The position numbers and the translations under genes are program-made. This document shows, one piece after another, positions 24,624 to 39,232 of a stretch of DNA of 64,000 nucleotides (position 1 is the stretch's first letter; the number at the start of each line of letters is the position of its first letter). The stretch lies in assembly GCF_009914755.1 (NCBI RefSeq), contig NC_060940.1; one strand, given 5' to 3'. This stretch comes from the human T2T-CHM13v2.0 reference genome, Homo sapiens. A model generated the notes under the pieces. It saw only the letters and a program-made list of their open reading frames with translations. It had not been told where the DNA came from and made no database searches.

Positions 24624-25982
24624 CTTTCTCAGAAACTGCTCTGTGATGTGTGCGTTCAACTCACAGAGTTTAACTTTTCTTTTCATTCAGCAGTTTGGAA
24701 ACACTCTGTTTGTAAAGTCTGCAAGTGGATATCTTGGCCTCTTAGAGGCCTTCGTTGGAAACGGGTTTTTTCATGTAAGGATAGACAGAGGAATTCCCAG
24801 TAACTTCCTTGTGTTGTGTGCATTCAACTCACAGAGTTGAATGATTCTTTTCACAGAGCAGATTTGAGACACTCTTTTGGTGGAATTTGTAAGTGGAGAA
24901 TTCAGCCGCTTTGAGGTCAACGGTAGAAAAGGAAATATCTTCGTATAAAAACTAGACAGAATGATTCTCAGAAACTGTTTTGTGATGTGTGCGTTCAACT
25001 CACAGAGTTTAACCTTTCTTTTCACAGAGCAGTTAGGAAACACTCTGTTTGTGAAGCCTGCCAGTGGATATTCGGACCTCTTTGAGGCCTTCGTTGGAAA
25101 CGGGATTTCTTCATATTATGCTAGACAGAAGATTTCTCAGTAACTTCTTTGTGTTGTGTGTATGCAACTCACAGAGTTCAACCTTCCTTTAGACAGAGCA
25201 GATTTGAAACACTCTTTTTGTGGAATTTGCAAGTGGAGATTTCAAGCGCTTCGATGCCAATGGTAGAAAAGGAAATATCTTCGTATAAAAACAAGACAAA
25301 CTCGTTCCCAGACACTGCGTAGTGATGTGTGTGTTTAACTCACAGAGTTTCACCTTTCTTTTCATACAGCATTCTGGAAACCCTCTGTTTGTAAAGTCTG
25401 CAAGTGGATATTTGGACCTCTTAGATGTCTTCGCTGGAAACGGGATTTCTTCATATATTGCTAGAGGGAAGAATTCTTAGTAACTTCTTTGTGTTGTGTG
25501 TATTCAACTGACAGAGTTGAACCTTCCTTTAGACAGAGCAGATTTGAAAGTCTCTTTTTGTGGAATTTGCAAGTGGAGATTTCAAGCGCTTTGAGGCCAA
25601 AAGCAGAAAAGGAAATATTTTCCTATAAAAACTAGACAGAATCTTTCTCAGAAACTGCTCTGGGATGTGTGCGTTCAACTCACAGAGTTTAACTTTTCTT
25701 TTCATTCAGCAGTTTGGAAACACTCTGTTTGGAAAGTCTGCACGTGGATATTTTGACCTCTTTGAGGCCTTCGTTGGAAACGGTTTTTTTTCATGTAAGG
25801 CTAGACAGAAGAAATCTCAGTAACTTCCTTGTGTTGTGTGTATTCAACTGACAGAGTTGAACCTTCTTTTAGACAGAGCAGATTCGAAACACTCTTTTTC
25901 TGCAATTTGCAAGTGGAGACTTCAAGCGCTTTGAGGCCAAAGGCAGAAAAGGAAATATCTTCGTATAAAAACCCGACAGAAT
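24624..25982 (+). repeat. 8-mer variant type II, second copy
   Basis: Same B1/C1 hybrid and private SNPs as 17828-19186. Confidence 0.92.
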
Positions 25983-28900
25983 CATTCTCAGAAACTGCTC
26001 TGTGATGTGTGCGTTCAACTCACAGAGTTTAACTTTTCTTTTCATTCAGCAGTTTGGAAACACTCTGTTTGTAAAGTCTGCAAGTGGATATCTTGGCCTC
26101 TTAGAGGCCTTCGTTGGAAACGGGTTTTTTCATGTAAGGTTAGACAGAGGAATTCCCAGTAACTTACTTGTGTTGTGTGCATTCAACTCACAGAGTTGAA
26201 TGATTCTTTACACAGAGCAGATTTGCGACACTCTTTTGGTGGAATTTGTTAGTGGAGAATTCAGCCGCTTTGAGGTCAGCGGTAGAAAAGGAAATATCTT
26301 CGTATAAAAACTAGACAGAATGATTCTCAGAAACTGTTTTGTGATGTGTGCGTTCAACTCACAGAGTTTAACCTTTCTTTTCAAAGAGCAGTTAGGAAAC
26401 ACTCTGTTTGTAAAGTCTGCAAGTGGATATTCAGACCTCTTTGAGGCCTTCGTTGGAAACGGGATTTCTTCATATTATGCTAGACAGATGAATTCTCAGT
26501 AACTTCCTTGTGTTGTGTGTATTCAACTCACAGAGTTGAACGATCCTTTACACAGAGCAGATTTGAAACACTGTTTTTCTGGAATTTGCAAGTGGAGATT
26601 TCAGCCGCTTTGAGGTCAATGGTAGAAAAAGAAATATCTTCGTATAAAAACTAGACAGAATGATTCTCAGAAACTCCTTTGTGATGTGTGCGTTCAACTC
26701 ACAGAGTTTAACCTTTCTTTTCACAGAGCAGTTAGGAAACACTCTGTTTGTGAAGCCTGCCAGTGGATATTCGGACCTCTTTGAGGCCTTCGTTGGAAAC
26801 GGGATTTCTTCATATTATGCTAGACAGAAGATTTCTCAGTAACTTCTTTGTGTTGTGTGTATGCAACTCACAGAGTTCAACCTTCCTTTAGACAGAGCAG
26901 ATTTGAAACACTCTTTTTGTGGAATTTGCAAGTGGAGATTTCAAGCGCTTCGATGCCAATGGTAGAAAAGGAAATATCTTCGTAGAAACACAAGACAAAC
27001 TCGTTCCCAGACACTGCGTAGTGATGTGTGTGTTTAACTCACAGAGTTTCACCTTTCTTTTCATACAGCATTCTGGAAACCCTCTGTTTGTAAAGTCTGC
27101 AAGTGGATATTTGGACCTCTAAGATGCCTTCGTTGGAAACGGGATTTCTTCATATAATGCTAGAGGGAAGAATTCTTAGTAACTTCTTTGTGTTGTGTGT
27201 ATTCAACTGACAGAGTTGAACCTTCCTTTAGACAGAGCAGATTTGAAAGTCTCTTTTTGTGGAATTTGCAAGTGGAGATTTCAAGCGCTTTGAGGCCAAA
27301 AGCAGAAAAGGAAATATTTTCCTATAAAAACTAGACAGAATCTTTCTCAGAAACTGCTCTGGGATGTGTGCGTTCAACTCACAGAGTTTAACTTTTCTTT
27401 TCATTCAGCAGTTTGGAAACACTCTGTTTGGAAAGTCTGCACGTGGATATTTTGACCTCTTTGAGGCCTTCGTTGGAAACGGGTTTTTTTCATGTAACGC
27501 TAGACAGAAGAAATCTCAGTAACTTCCTTGTGTTATGTGTATTCAACTGACAGAGTTGAACCTACCTTTAGACAGAGCAGATTCGAAACACTCTTTTTCT
27601 GCAATTTGCAAGTGGAGACTTCAAGCGCTTTGAGGCCAAAGGCAGAAAAGGAAATATCTTCGTATAAAAACCCGACAGAATCATTCTCAGAAACTGCTCT
27701 GTGATGTGTGCGTTCAACTCACAGAGTTTAACTTTTCTTTTCATTCAGCAGTTTGGAAACACTCTGTTTGTAAAGTCTGCAAGTGGATATCTTGGCCTCT
27801 TAGAGGCCTTCGTTGGAAACGGGTTTTTTCATGTAAGGTTAGACAGAGGAATTCCCAGTAACTTCCTTGTGTTGTGTGCATTCAACTCACAGAGTTGAAT
27901 GATTCTTTACACAGAGCAGATTTGAGACACTCTTTTGGTGGAATTTGTAAGTGGAGAATTCAGCTGCTTTGAGGTCAACGGTAGAAAAGGAAATATCTTC
28001 GTATAAAAACTAGACAGAATGATTCTCAGAAACTGTTTTGTGATGTGTGCGTTCAACTCACAGAGTTTAACCTTTCTTTTCAAAGAGCAGTTAGGAAGCA
28101 CTCTGTTTGTAAAGTCTGCAAGTGGATATTCAGACCTCTTTGAGGCCTTCGTTGGAAACGGGATTTCTTCATATTATGCTAGACAGATGAATTCTCAGTA
28201 ACTTCCTTGTGTTGTGTGTATTCAACTCACAGAGTTGAACGATCCTTTACACAGAGCAGATTTGAAACACTGTTTTTCTGGAATTTGCAAGTGGAGATTT
28301 CAGCCGCTTTGAGGTCAATGGTAGAAAAAGAAATATCTTCGTATAAAAACTAGACAGAATGATTCTCAGAAACTCCTTTGTGATGTGTGCGTTCAACTCA
28401 CAGAGTTTAACCTTTCTTTTCACAGAGCAGTTAGGAAACACTCTGTTTGTGAAGCCTGCCAGTGGATATTCGGACCTCTTTGAGGCCTTCGTTGGAAACG
28501 GGATTTCTTCATATTATGCTAGACAGAAGATTTCTCAGTAACTTCTTTGTGTTGTGTGTATGCAACTCACAGAGTTCAACCTTCCTTTAGACAGAGCAGA
28601 TTTGAAACACTCTTTTTGTGGAATTTGCAAGTGGAGATTTCAAGCGCTTCGATGCCAATGGTAGAAAAGGAAATATCTTCGTATAAAAACAAGACAAACT
28701 CGTTCCCAGACACTGCGTAGTGATGTGTGTGTTTAACTCACAGAGTTTCACCTTTCTTTTCATACAGCATTCTGGAAACCCTCTGTTTGTAAAGTCTGCA
28801 AGTGGATATTTGGACCTCTTAGATGCCTTCGTTGGAAACGGGATTTCTTCATATAATGCTAGAGGGAAGAATTCTTAGTAACTTCTTTGTGTTGTGTGTA

Positions 28901-31079
28901 TTCAACTGACAGAGTTGAACCTTCCTTTAGACAGAGCAGATTTGAAAGTCTCTTTTTGTGGAATTTGCAAGTGGAGATTTCAAGCGCTTTGAGGCCAAAA
29001 GCAGAAAAGGAAATATTTTCCTATAAAAACTAGACAGAATCTTTCTCAGAAACTGCTCTGGGATGTGTGCGTTCAACTCACAGAGTTTAACTTTTCTTTT
29101 CATTCAGCAGTTTGGAAACACTCTGTTTGGAAAGTCTGCACGTGGATATTTTGACCTCTTTGAGGCCTTCGTTGGAAACGGGTTTTTTTCATGTAAGGCT
29201 AGACAGAAGAAATCTCAGTAACTTCCTTGTGTTGTGTGTATTCAACTGACAGAGTTGAACCTTCTTTTAGACAGAGCAGATTCGAAACACTCTTTTTCTG
29301 CAATTTGCAAGTGGAGACTTCAAGCGCTTTGAGGCCAAAGGCAGAAAAGGAAATATCTTCGTATAAAAACCCGACAGAATCATTCTCAGAAACTGCTCTG
29401 TGATGTGTGCGTTCAACTCACAGAGTTTAACTTTTCTTTTCATTCAGCAGTTTGGAAACACTCTGTTTGTAAAGTCTGCAAGTGGATATCTTGGCCTCTT
29501 AGAGGCCTTCGTTGGAAACGGGTTTTTTCATGTAAGGTTAGACAGAGGAATTCCCAGTAACTTCCTTGTGTTGTGTGCATTCAACTCACAGAGTTGAATG
29601 ATTCTTTACACAGAGCAGATTTGAGACACTCTTTTGGTGGAATTTGTTAGTGGAGAATTCAGCCGCTTTGAGGTCAACGGTAGAAAAGGAAATATCTTCG
29701 TATAAAAACTAGACAGAATGATTCTCAGAAACTGTTTTGTGATGTGTGCGTTCAACTCACAGAGTTTAACCTTTCTTTTCAAAGAGCAGTTAGGAAACAC
29801 TCTGTTTGTAAAGTCTGCAAGTGGATATTCAGACCTCTTTGAGGCCTTCGTTGGAAACGGGATTTCTTCATATTATGCTAGACAGATGAATTCTCAGTAA
29901 CTTCCTTGTGTTGTGTGTATTCAACTCACAGAGTTGAACGATCCTTTACACAGAGCAGATTTGAAACACTGTTTTTCTGGAATTTGCAAGTGGAGATTTC
30001 AGCCGCTTTGAGGTCAATGGTAGAAAAAGAAATATCTTCGTATAAAAACTAGACAGAATGATTCTCAGAAACTCCTTTGTGATGTGTGCGTTCAACTCAC
30101 AGAGTTTAACCTTTCTTTTCACAGAGCAGTTAGGAAACACTCTGTTTGTGAAGCCTGCCAGTGGATATTCGGACCTCTTTGAGGCCTTCGTTGGAAACGG
30201 GATTTCTTCATATTATGCTAGACAGAAGATTTCTCAGTAACTTCTTTGTGTTGTGTGTATGCAACTCACAGAGTTCAACCTTCCTTTAGACAGAGCAGAT
30301 TTGAAACACTCTTTTTGTGGAATTTGCAAGTGGAGATTTCAAGCGCTTCGATGCCAATGGTAGAAAAGGAAATATCTTCGTATAAAAACAAGACAAACTC
30401 GTTCCCAGACACTGCGTAGTGATGTGTGTGTTTAACTCACAGAGTTTCACCTTTCTTTTCATACAGCATTCTGGAAACCCTCTGTTTGTAAAGTCTGCAA
30501 GTGGATATTTGGACCTCTTAGATGCCTTCGTTGGAAACGGGATTTCTTCATATAATGCTAGAGGGAAGAATTCTTAGTAACTTCTTTGTGTTGTGTGTAT
30601 TCAACTGACAGAGTTGAACCTTCCTTTAGACAGAGCAGATTTGAAAGTCTCTTTTTGTGGAATTTGCAAGTGGAGATTTCAAGCGCTTTGAGGCCAAAAG
30701 CAGAAAAGGAAATATTTTCCTATAAAAACTAGACAGAATCTTTCTCAGAAACTGCTCTGGGATGTGTGCGTTCAACTCACAGAGTTTAACTTTTCTTTTC
30801 ATTCAGCAGTTTGGAAACACTCTGTTTGGAAAGTCTGCACGTGGATATTTTGACCTCTTTGAGGCCTTCGTTGGAAACGGGTTTTTTTCATGTAAGGCTA
30901 GACAGAAGAAATCTCAGTAACTTCCTTGTGTTGTGTGTATTCAACTGACAGAGTTGAACCTTCTTTTAGACAGAGCAGATTCGAAACACTCTTTTTCTGC
31001 AATTTGCAAGTGGAGACTTCAAGCGCTTTGAGGCCAAAGGCAGAAAAGGAAATATCTTCGTATAAAAACCCGACAGAAT
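25983..31079 (+). repeat. Three consecutive 10-mers
   Basis: Anchors 26002, 27701, 29400, 31099. Confidence 0.94.
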
Positions 31080-34000
31080 CATTCTCAGAAACTGCTCTGT
31101 GATGTGTGCGTTCAACTCACAGAGTTTAACTTTTCTTTTCATTCAGCAGTTTGGAAACACTCTGTTTGTAAAGTCTGCAAGTGGATATCTTGGCCTCTTA
31201 GAGGCCTTCGTTGGAAACGGGTTTTTTCATGTAAGGTTAGACAGAGGAATTCCCAGTAACTTCCTTGTGTTGTGTGCATTCAACTCACAGAGTTGAATGA
31301 TTCTTTACACAGAGCAGATTTGAGACACTCTTTTGGTGGAATTTGTTAGTGGAGAATTCAGCCGCTTTGAGGTCAACGGTAGAAAAGGAAATATCTTCGT
31401 ATAAAAACTAGACAGAATGATTCTCAGAAACTGTTTTGTGATGTGTGCGTTCAACTCACAGAGTTTAACCTTTCTTTTCAAAGAGCAGTTAGGAAGCACT
31501 CTGTTTGTAAAGTCTGCAAGTGGATATTCAGACCTCTTTGAGGCCTTCGTTGGAAACGGGATTTCTTCATATTATGCTAGACAGATGAATTCTCAGTAAC
31601 TTCCTTGTGTTGTGTGTATTCAACTCACAGAGTTGAACGATCCTTTACACAGAGCAGATTTGAAACACTGTTTTTCTGGAATTTGCAAGTGGAGATTTCA
31701 GCCGCTTTGAGGTCAATGGTAGAAAAAGAAATATCTTCGTATAAAAACTAGACAGAATGATTCTCAGAAACTCCTTTGTGATGTGTGCGTTCAACTCACA
31801 GAGTTTAACCTTTCTTTTCACAGAGCAGTTAGGAAACACTCTGTTTGTGAAGCCTGCCAGTGGATATTCGGACCTCTTTGAGGCCTTCGTTGGAAACGGG
31901 ATTTCTTCATATTATGCTAGACAGAAGATTTCTCAGTAACTTCTTTGTGTTGTGTGTATGCAACTCACAGAGTTCAACCTTCCTTTAGACAGAGGAGATT
32001 TGAAACACTCTTTTTGTGGAATTTGCAAGTGGAGATTTCAAGCGCTTTGAGGCCAAAAGCAGAAAAGGAAATATTTTCCTATAAAAACTAGACAGAATCT
32101 TTCTCAGAAACTGCTCTGTGATGTGTGCGTTCAACTCACAGAGTTTAACTTTTCTTTTCATTCAGCAGTTTGGAAACACTCTGTTTGTAAAGTCTGCAAG
32201 TGGATATCTTGGCCTCTTAGAGGCCTTCGTTGGAAACGGGTTTTTTCATGTAAGGTTAGACAGAGGAATTCCCAGTAACTTCCTTGTGTTGTGTGCATTC
32301 AACTCACAGAGTTGAATGATTCTTTACACAGAGCAGATTTGAGACACTCTTTTGGTGGAATTTGTTAGTGGAGAATTCAGCCGCTTTGAGGTCAACGGTA
32401 GAAAAGGAAATATCTTCGTATAAAAACTAGACAGAATGATTCTCAGAAACTGTTTTGTGATGTGTGCGTTCAACTCACAGAGTTTAACCTTTCTTTTCAA
32501 AGAGCAGTTAGGAAACACTCTGTTTGTAAAGTCTGCAAGTGGATATTCAGACCTCTTTGAGGCCTTCGTTGGAAACGGGATTTCTTCATATTATGCTAGA
32601 CAGATGAATTCTCAGTAACTTCCTTGTGTTGTGTGTATTCAACTCACAGAGTTGAACGATCCTTTACACAGAGCAGATTTGAAACACTGTTTTTCTGGAA
32701 TTTGCAAGTGGAGATTTCAGCCGCTTTGAGGTCAATGGTAGAAAAAGAAATATCTTCGTATAAAAACTAGACAGAATGATTCTCAGAAACTCCTTTGTGA
32801 TGTGTGCGTTCAACTCACAGAGTTTAACCTTTCTTTTCACAGAGCAGTTAGGAAACACTCTGTTTGTGAAGCCTGCCAGTGGATATTCGGACCTCTTTGA
32901 GGCCTTCGTTGGAAACGGGATTTCTTCATATTATGCTAGACAGAAGATTTCTCAGTAACTTCTTTGTGTTGTGTGTATGCAACTCACAGAGTTCAACCTT
33001 CCTTTAGACAGAGGAGATTTGAAACACTCTTTTTGTGGAATTTGCAAGTGGAGATTTCAAGCGCTTTGAGGCCAAAAGCAGAAAAGGAAATATTTTCCTA
33101 TAAAAACTAGACAGAATCTTTCTCAGAAACTGCTCTGTGATGTGTGCGTTCAACTCACAGAGTTTAACTTTTCTTTTCATTCAGCAGTTTGGAAACACTC
33201 TGTTTGTAAAGTCTGCAAGTGGATATCTTGGCCTCTTAGAGGCCTTCGTTGGAAACGGGTTTTTTCATGTAAGGTTAGACAGAGGAATTCCCAGTAACTT
33301 CCTTGTGTTGTGTGCATTCAACTCACAGAGTTGAATGATTCTTTACACAGAGCAGATTTGAGACACTCTTTTGGTGGAATTTGTTAGTGGAGAATTCAGC
33401 CGCTTTGAGGTCAACGGTAGAAAAGGAAATATCTTCGTATAAAAACTAGACAGAATGATTCTCAGAAACTGTTTTGTGATGTGTGCGTTCAACTCACAGA
33501 GTTTAACCTTTCTTTTCAAAGAGCAGTTAGGAAACACTCTGTTTGTAAAGTCTGCAAGTGGATATTCAGACCTCTTTGAGGCCTTCGTTGGAAACGGGAT
33601 TTCTTCATATTATGCTAGACAGATGAATTCTCAGTAACTTCCTTGTGTTGTGTGTATTCAACTCACAGAGTTGAACGATCCTTTACACAGAGCAGATTTG
33701 AAACACTGTTTTTCTGGAATTTGCAAGTGGAGATTTCAGCCGCTTTGAGGTCAATGGTAGAAAAAGAAATATCTTCGTATAAAAACTAGACAGAATGATT
33801 CTCAGAAACTCCTTTGTGATGTGTGCGTTCAACTCACAGAGTTTAACCTTTCTTTTCACAGAGCAGTTAGGAAACACTCTGTTTGTGAAGCCTGCCAGTG
33901 GATATTCGGACCTCTTTGAGGCCTTCGTTGGAAACGGGATTTCTTCATATTATGCTAGACAGAAGATTTCTCAGTAACTTCTTTGTGTTGTGTGTATGCA

Positions 34001-35155
34001 ACTCACAGAGTTCAACCTTCCTTTAGACAGAGGAGATTTGAAACACTCTTTTTGTGGAATTTGCAAGTGGAGATTTCAAGCGCTTTGAGGCCAAAAGCAG
34101 AAAAGGAAATATTTTCCTATAAAAACTAGACAGAATCTTTCTCAGAAACTGCTCTGTGATGTGTGCGTTCAACTCACAGAGTTTAACTTTTCTTTTCATT
34201 CAGCAGTTTGGAAACACTCTGTTTGTAAAGTCTGCAAGTGGATATCTTGGCCTCTTAGAGGCCTTCGTTGGAAACGGGTTTTTTCATGTAAGGTTAGACA
34301 GAGGAATTCCCAGTAACTTCCTTGTGTTGTGTGCATTCAACTCACAGAGTTGAATGATTCTTTACACAGAGCAGATTTGAGACACTCTTTTGGTGGAATT
34401 TGTTAGTGGAGAATTCAGCCGCTTTGAGGTCAACGGTAGAAAAGGAAATATCTTCGTATAAAAACTAGACAGAATGATTCTCAGAAACTGTTTTGTGATG
34501 TGTGCGTTCAACTCACAGAGTTTAACCTTTCTTTTCAAAGAGCAGTTAGGAAACACTCTGTTTGTAAAGTCTGCAAGTGGATATTCAGACCTCTTTGAGG
34601 CCTTCGTTGGAAACGGGATTTCTTCATATTATGCTAGACAGATGAATTCTCAGTAACTTCCTTGTGTTGTGTGTATTCAACTCACAGAGTTGAACGATCC
34701 TTTACACAGAGCAGATTTGAAACACTGTTTTTCTGGAATTTGCAAGTGGAGATTTCAGCCGCTTTGAGGTCAATGGTAGAAAAAGAAATATCTTCGTATA
34801 AAAACTAGACAGAATGATTCTCAGAAACTCCTTTGTGATGTGTGCGTTCAACTCACAGAGTTTAACCTTTCTTTTCACAGAGCAGTTAGGAAACACTCTG
34901 TTTGTGAAGCCTGCCAGTGGATATTCGGACCTCTTTGAGGCCTTCGTTGGAAACGGGATTTCTTCATATTATGCTAGACAGAAGATTTCTCAGTAACTTC
35001 TTTGTGTTGTGTGTATGCAACTCACAGAGTTCAACCTTCCTTTAGACAGAGGAGATTTGAAACACTCTTTTTGTGGAATTTGCAAGTGGAGATTTCAAGC
35101 GCTTTGAGGCCAAAAGCAGAAAAGGAAATATTTTCCTATAAAAACTAGACAGAAT
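31080..35155 (+). repeat. Four consecutive 6-mers
   Basis: 1019-bp spacing; marker CAGAGGAGATTT at 31995, 33014, 34033, 35052. Confidence 0.95.
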
Positions 35156-37873
35156 CTTTCTCAGAAACTGCTCTGTGATGTGTGCGTTCAACTCACAGAG
35201 TTTAACTTTTCTTTTCATTCAGCAGTTTGGAAACACTCTGTTTGTAAAGTCTGCAAGTGGATATCTTGGCCTCTTAGAGGCCTTCGTTGGAAACGGGTTT
35301 TTTCATGTAAGGTTAGACAGAGGAATTCCCAGTAACTTCCTTGTGTTGTGTGCATTCAACTCACAGAGTTGAATGATTCTTTACACAGAGCAGATTTGAG
35401 ACACTCTTTTGGTGGAATTTGTTAGTGGAGAATTCAGCCGCTTTGAGGTCAACGGTAGAAAAGGAAATATCTTCGTATAAAAACTAGACAGAATGATTCT
35501 CAGAAACTGTTTTGTGATGTGTGCGTTCAACTCACAGAGTTTAACCTTTCTTTTCAAAGAGCAGTTAGGAAACACTCTGTTTGTAAAGTCTGCAAGTGGA
35601 TATTCAGACCTCTTTGAGGCCTTCGTTGGAAACGGGATTTCTTCATATTATGCTAGACAGATGAATTCTCAGTAACTTCCTTGTGTTGTGTGTATTCAAC
35701 TCACAGAGTTGAACGATCCTTTACACAGAGCAGATTTGAAACACTGTTTTTCTGGAATTTGCAAGTGGAGATTTCAGCCGCTTTGAGGTCAATGGTAGAA
35801 AAAGAAATATCTTCGTATAAAAACTAGACAGAATGATTCTCAGAAACTCCTTTGTGATGTGTGCGTTCAACTCACAGAGTTTAACCTTTCTTTTCACAGA
35901 GCAGTTAGGAAACACTCTGTTTGTGAAGCCTGCCAGTGGATATTCGGACCTCTTTGAGGCCTTCGTTGGAAACGGGATTTCTTCATATTATGCTAGACAG
36001 AAGATTTCTCAGTAACTTCTTTGTGTTGTGTGTATGCAACTCACAGAGTTCAACCTTCCTTTAGACAGAGCAGATTTGAAACACTCTTTTTGTGGAATTT
36101 GCAAGTGGAGATTTCAAGCGCTTCGATGCCAATGGTAGAAAAGGAAATATCTTCGTATAAAAACAAGACAAACTCGTTCCCAGACACTGCGTAGTGATGT
36201 GTGTGTTTAACTCACAGAGTTTCACCTTTCTTTTCATACAGCATTCTGGAAACCCTCTGTTTGTAAAGTCTGCAAGTGGATATTTGGACCTCTTAGATGC
36301 CTTCGTTGGAAACGGGATTTCTTCATATAATGCTAGAGGGAAGAATTCTTAGTAACTTCTTTGTGTTGTGTGTATTCAACTGACAGAGTTGAACCTTCCT
36401 TTAGACAGAGCAGATTTGAAAGTCTCTTTTTGTGGAATTTGCAAGTGGAGATTTCAAGCGCTTTGAGGCCAAAAGCAGAAAAGGAAATATTTTCCTATAA
36501 AAACTAGACAGAATCTTTCTCAGAAACTGCTCTGGGATGTGTGCGTTCAACTCACAGAGTTTAACTTTTCTTTTCATTCAGCAGTTTGGAAACACTCTGT
36601 TTGGAAAGTCTGCACGTGGATATTTTGACCTCTTTGAGGCCTTCGTTGGAAACGGGTTTTTTTCATGTAAGGCTAGACAGAAGAAATCTCAGTAACTTCC
36701 TTGTGTTGTGTGTATTCAACTGACAGAGTTGAACCTTCTTTTAGACAGAGCAGATTCGAAACACTCTTTTTCTGCAATTTGCAAGTGGAGACTTCAAGCG
36801 CTTTGAGGCCAAAGGCAGAAAAGGAAATATCTTCGTATAAAAACCCGACAGAATCATTCTCAGAAACTGCTCTGTGATGTGTGCGTTCAACTCACAGAGT
36901 TTAACTTTTCTTTTCATTCAGCAGTTTGGAAACACTCTGTTTGTAAAGTCTGCAAGTGGATATCTTGGCCTCTTAGAGGCCTTCGTTGGAAACGGGTTTT
37001 TTCATGTAAGGTTAGACAGAGGAATTCCCAGTAACTTCCTTGTGTTGTGTGCATTCAACTCACAGAGTTGAATGATTCTTTACACAGAGCAGATTTGAGA
37101 CACTCTTTTGGTGGAATTTGTTAGTGGAGAATTCAGCCGCTTTGAGGTCAACGGTAGAAAAGGAAATATCTTCGTATAAAAACTAGACAGAATGATTCTC
37201 AGAAACTGTTTTGTGATGTGTGCGTTCAACTCACAGAGTTTAACCTTTCTTTTCAAAGAGCAGTTAGGAAGCACTCTGTTTGTAAAGTCTGCAAGTGGAT
37301 ATTCAGACCTCTTTGAGGCCTTCGTTGGAAACGGGATTTCTTCATATTATGCTAGACAGATGAATTCTCAGTAACTTCCTTGTGTTGTGTGTATTCAACT
37401 CACAGAGTTGAACGATCCTTTACACAGAGCAGATTTGAAACACTGTTTTTCTGGAATTTGCAAGTGGAGATTTCAGCCGCTTTGAGGTCAATGGTAGAAA
37501 AAGAAATATCTTCGTATAAAAACTAGACAGAATGATTCTCAGAAACTCCTTTGTGATGTGTGCGTTCAACTCACAGAGTTTAACCTTTCTTTTCACAGAG
37601 CAGTTAGGAAACACTCTGTTTGTGAAGCCTGCCAGTGGATATTCGGACCTCTTTGAGGCCTTCGTTGGAAACGGGATTTCTTCATATTATGCTAGACAGA
37701 AGATTTCTCAGTAACTTCTTTGTGTTGTGTGTATGCAACTCACAGAGTTCAACCTTCCTTTAGACAGAGGAGATTTGAAACACTCTTTTTGTGGAATTTG
37801 CAAGTGGAGATTTCAAGCGCTTTGAGGCCAAAAGCAGAAAAGGAAATATTTTCCTATAAAAACTAGACAGAAT
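35156..37873 (+). repeat. 10+6 block resembling 29381-32098
   Basis: GGAAGCACTC and CAGAGGAG markers recur at offset 5775. Confidence 0.88.
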
Positions 37874-39232
37874 CTTTCTCAGAAACTGCTCTGTGATGTG
37901 TGCGTTCAACTCACAGAGTTTAACTTTTCTTTTCATTCAGCAGTTTGGAAACACTCTGTTTGTAAAGTCTGCAAGTGGATATCTTGGCCTCTTAGAGGCC
38001 TTCGTTGGAAACGGGTTTTTTCATGTAAGGATAGACAGAGGATTTCCCAGTAACTTCCTTGTGTTGTGTGCATTCAACTCACAGAGTTGAATGATTCTTT
38101 ACACAGAGCAGATTTGAGACACTCTTTTGGTGGAATTTGTAAGTGGAGAATTCAGCCGCTTTGAGGTCAACGGTAGAAAAGGAAATATCTTCGTATAAAA
38201 ACTAGACAGAATGATTCTCAGAAACTGTTTTGTGATGTGTGCGTTCAACTCACAGAGTTTAACCTTTCTTTTCAAAGAGCAGTTAGGAAACACTCTGTTT
38301 GTAAAGTCTGCAAGTGGATATTCAGACCTCTTTGAGGCCTTCGTTGGAAACGGGATTTCTTCATATTATGCTAGACAGATGAATTCTCAGTAACTTCCTT
38401 GTGTTGTGTGTATTCAACTCACAGAGTTAAACGATCCTTTACACAGAGCAGATTTGAAACACTCTTTTTGTGGAATTTGCAAGTGGAGATTTCAAGCGCT
38501 TCGATGCCAATGGTAGAAAAGGAAATATCTTCGTATAAAAACAAGACAAACTCGTTCCCAGACACTGCGTAGTGATGTGTGTGTTTAACTCACAGAGTTT
38601 CACCTTTCTTTTCATACAGCATTCTGGAAACCCTCTGTCTGTAAAGTCTGCAAGTGAAGATTTGGACCTCTTAGATGCCTTCGTTGGAAACGGGATTTCT
38701 TCATATAATGCTAGAGGGAAGAATTCTTAGTAACTTCTTTGTGTTGTGTGTATTCAACTGACAGAGTTGAACCTTCCTTTAGACAGAGCAGATTTGAAAG
38801 TCTCTTTTTGTGGAATTTGCAAGTGGAGATTTCAAGCGCTTTGAGGCCAAAAGCAGAAAAGGAAATATTTTCCTATAAAAACTAGACAGAATCTTTCTCA
38901 GAAACTGCTCTGGGATGTGTGCGTTCAACTCACAGAGTTTAACTTTTCTTTTCATTCAGCAGTTTGGAAACACTCTGTTTGGAAAGTCTGCACGTGGATA
39001 TTGTGACCTCTTTGAGGCCTTCGTTGGAAACGGGTTTTTTTCATGTAAGGCTAGACAGAAGAAATCTCAGTAACTTCCTTGTGTTGTGTGTATTCAACTG
39101 ACAGAGTTGAACCTTCTTTTAGACAGAGCAGATTCGAAACACTCTTTTTCTGCAATTTGCAAGTGGAGACTTCAAGCGCTTTGAGGCCAAAGGCAGAAAA
39201 GGAAATATCTTCGTATAAAAACCCGACAGAAT
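37874..39232 (+). repeat. 8-mer variant type III (B2/C2 hybrid; C1 absent)
   Basis: B2 AAACGATCCTTTACAC switches to C2 CTCTTTTTGTGG...CTTCGATGCC at ~38443-38464. Confidence 0.92.
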
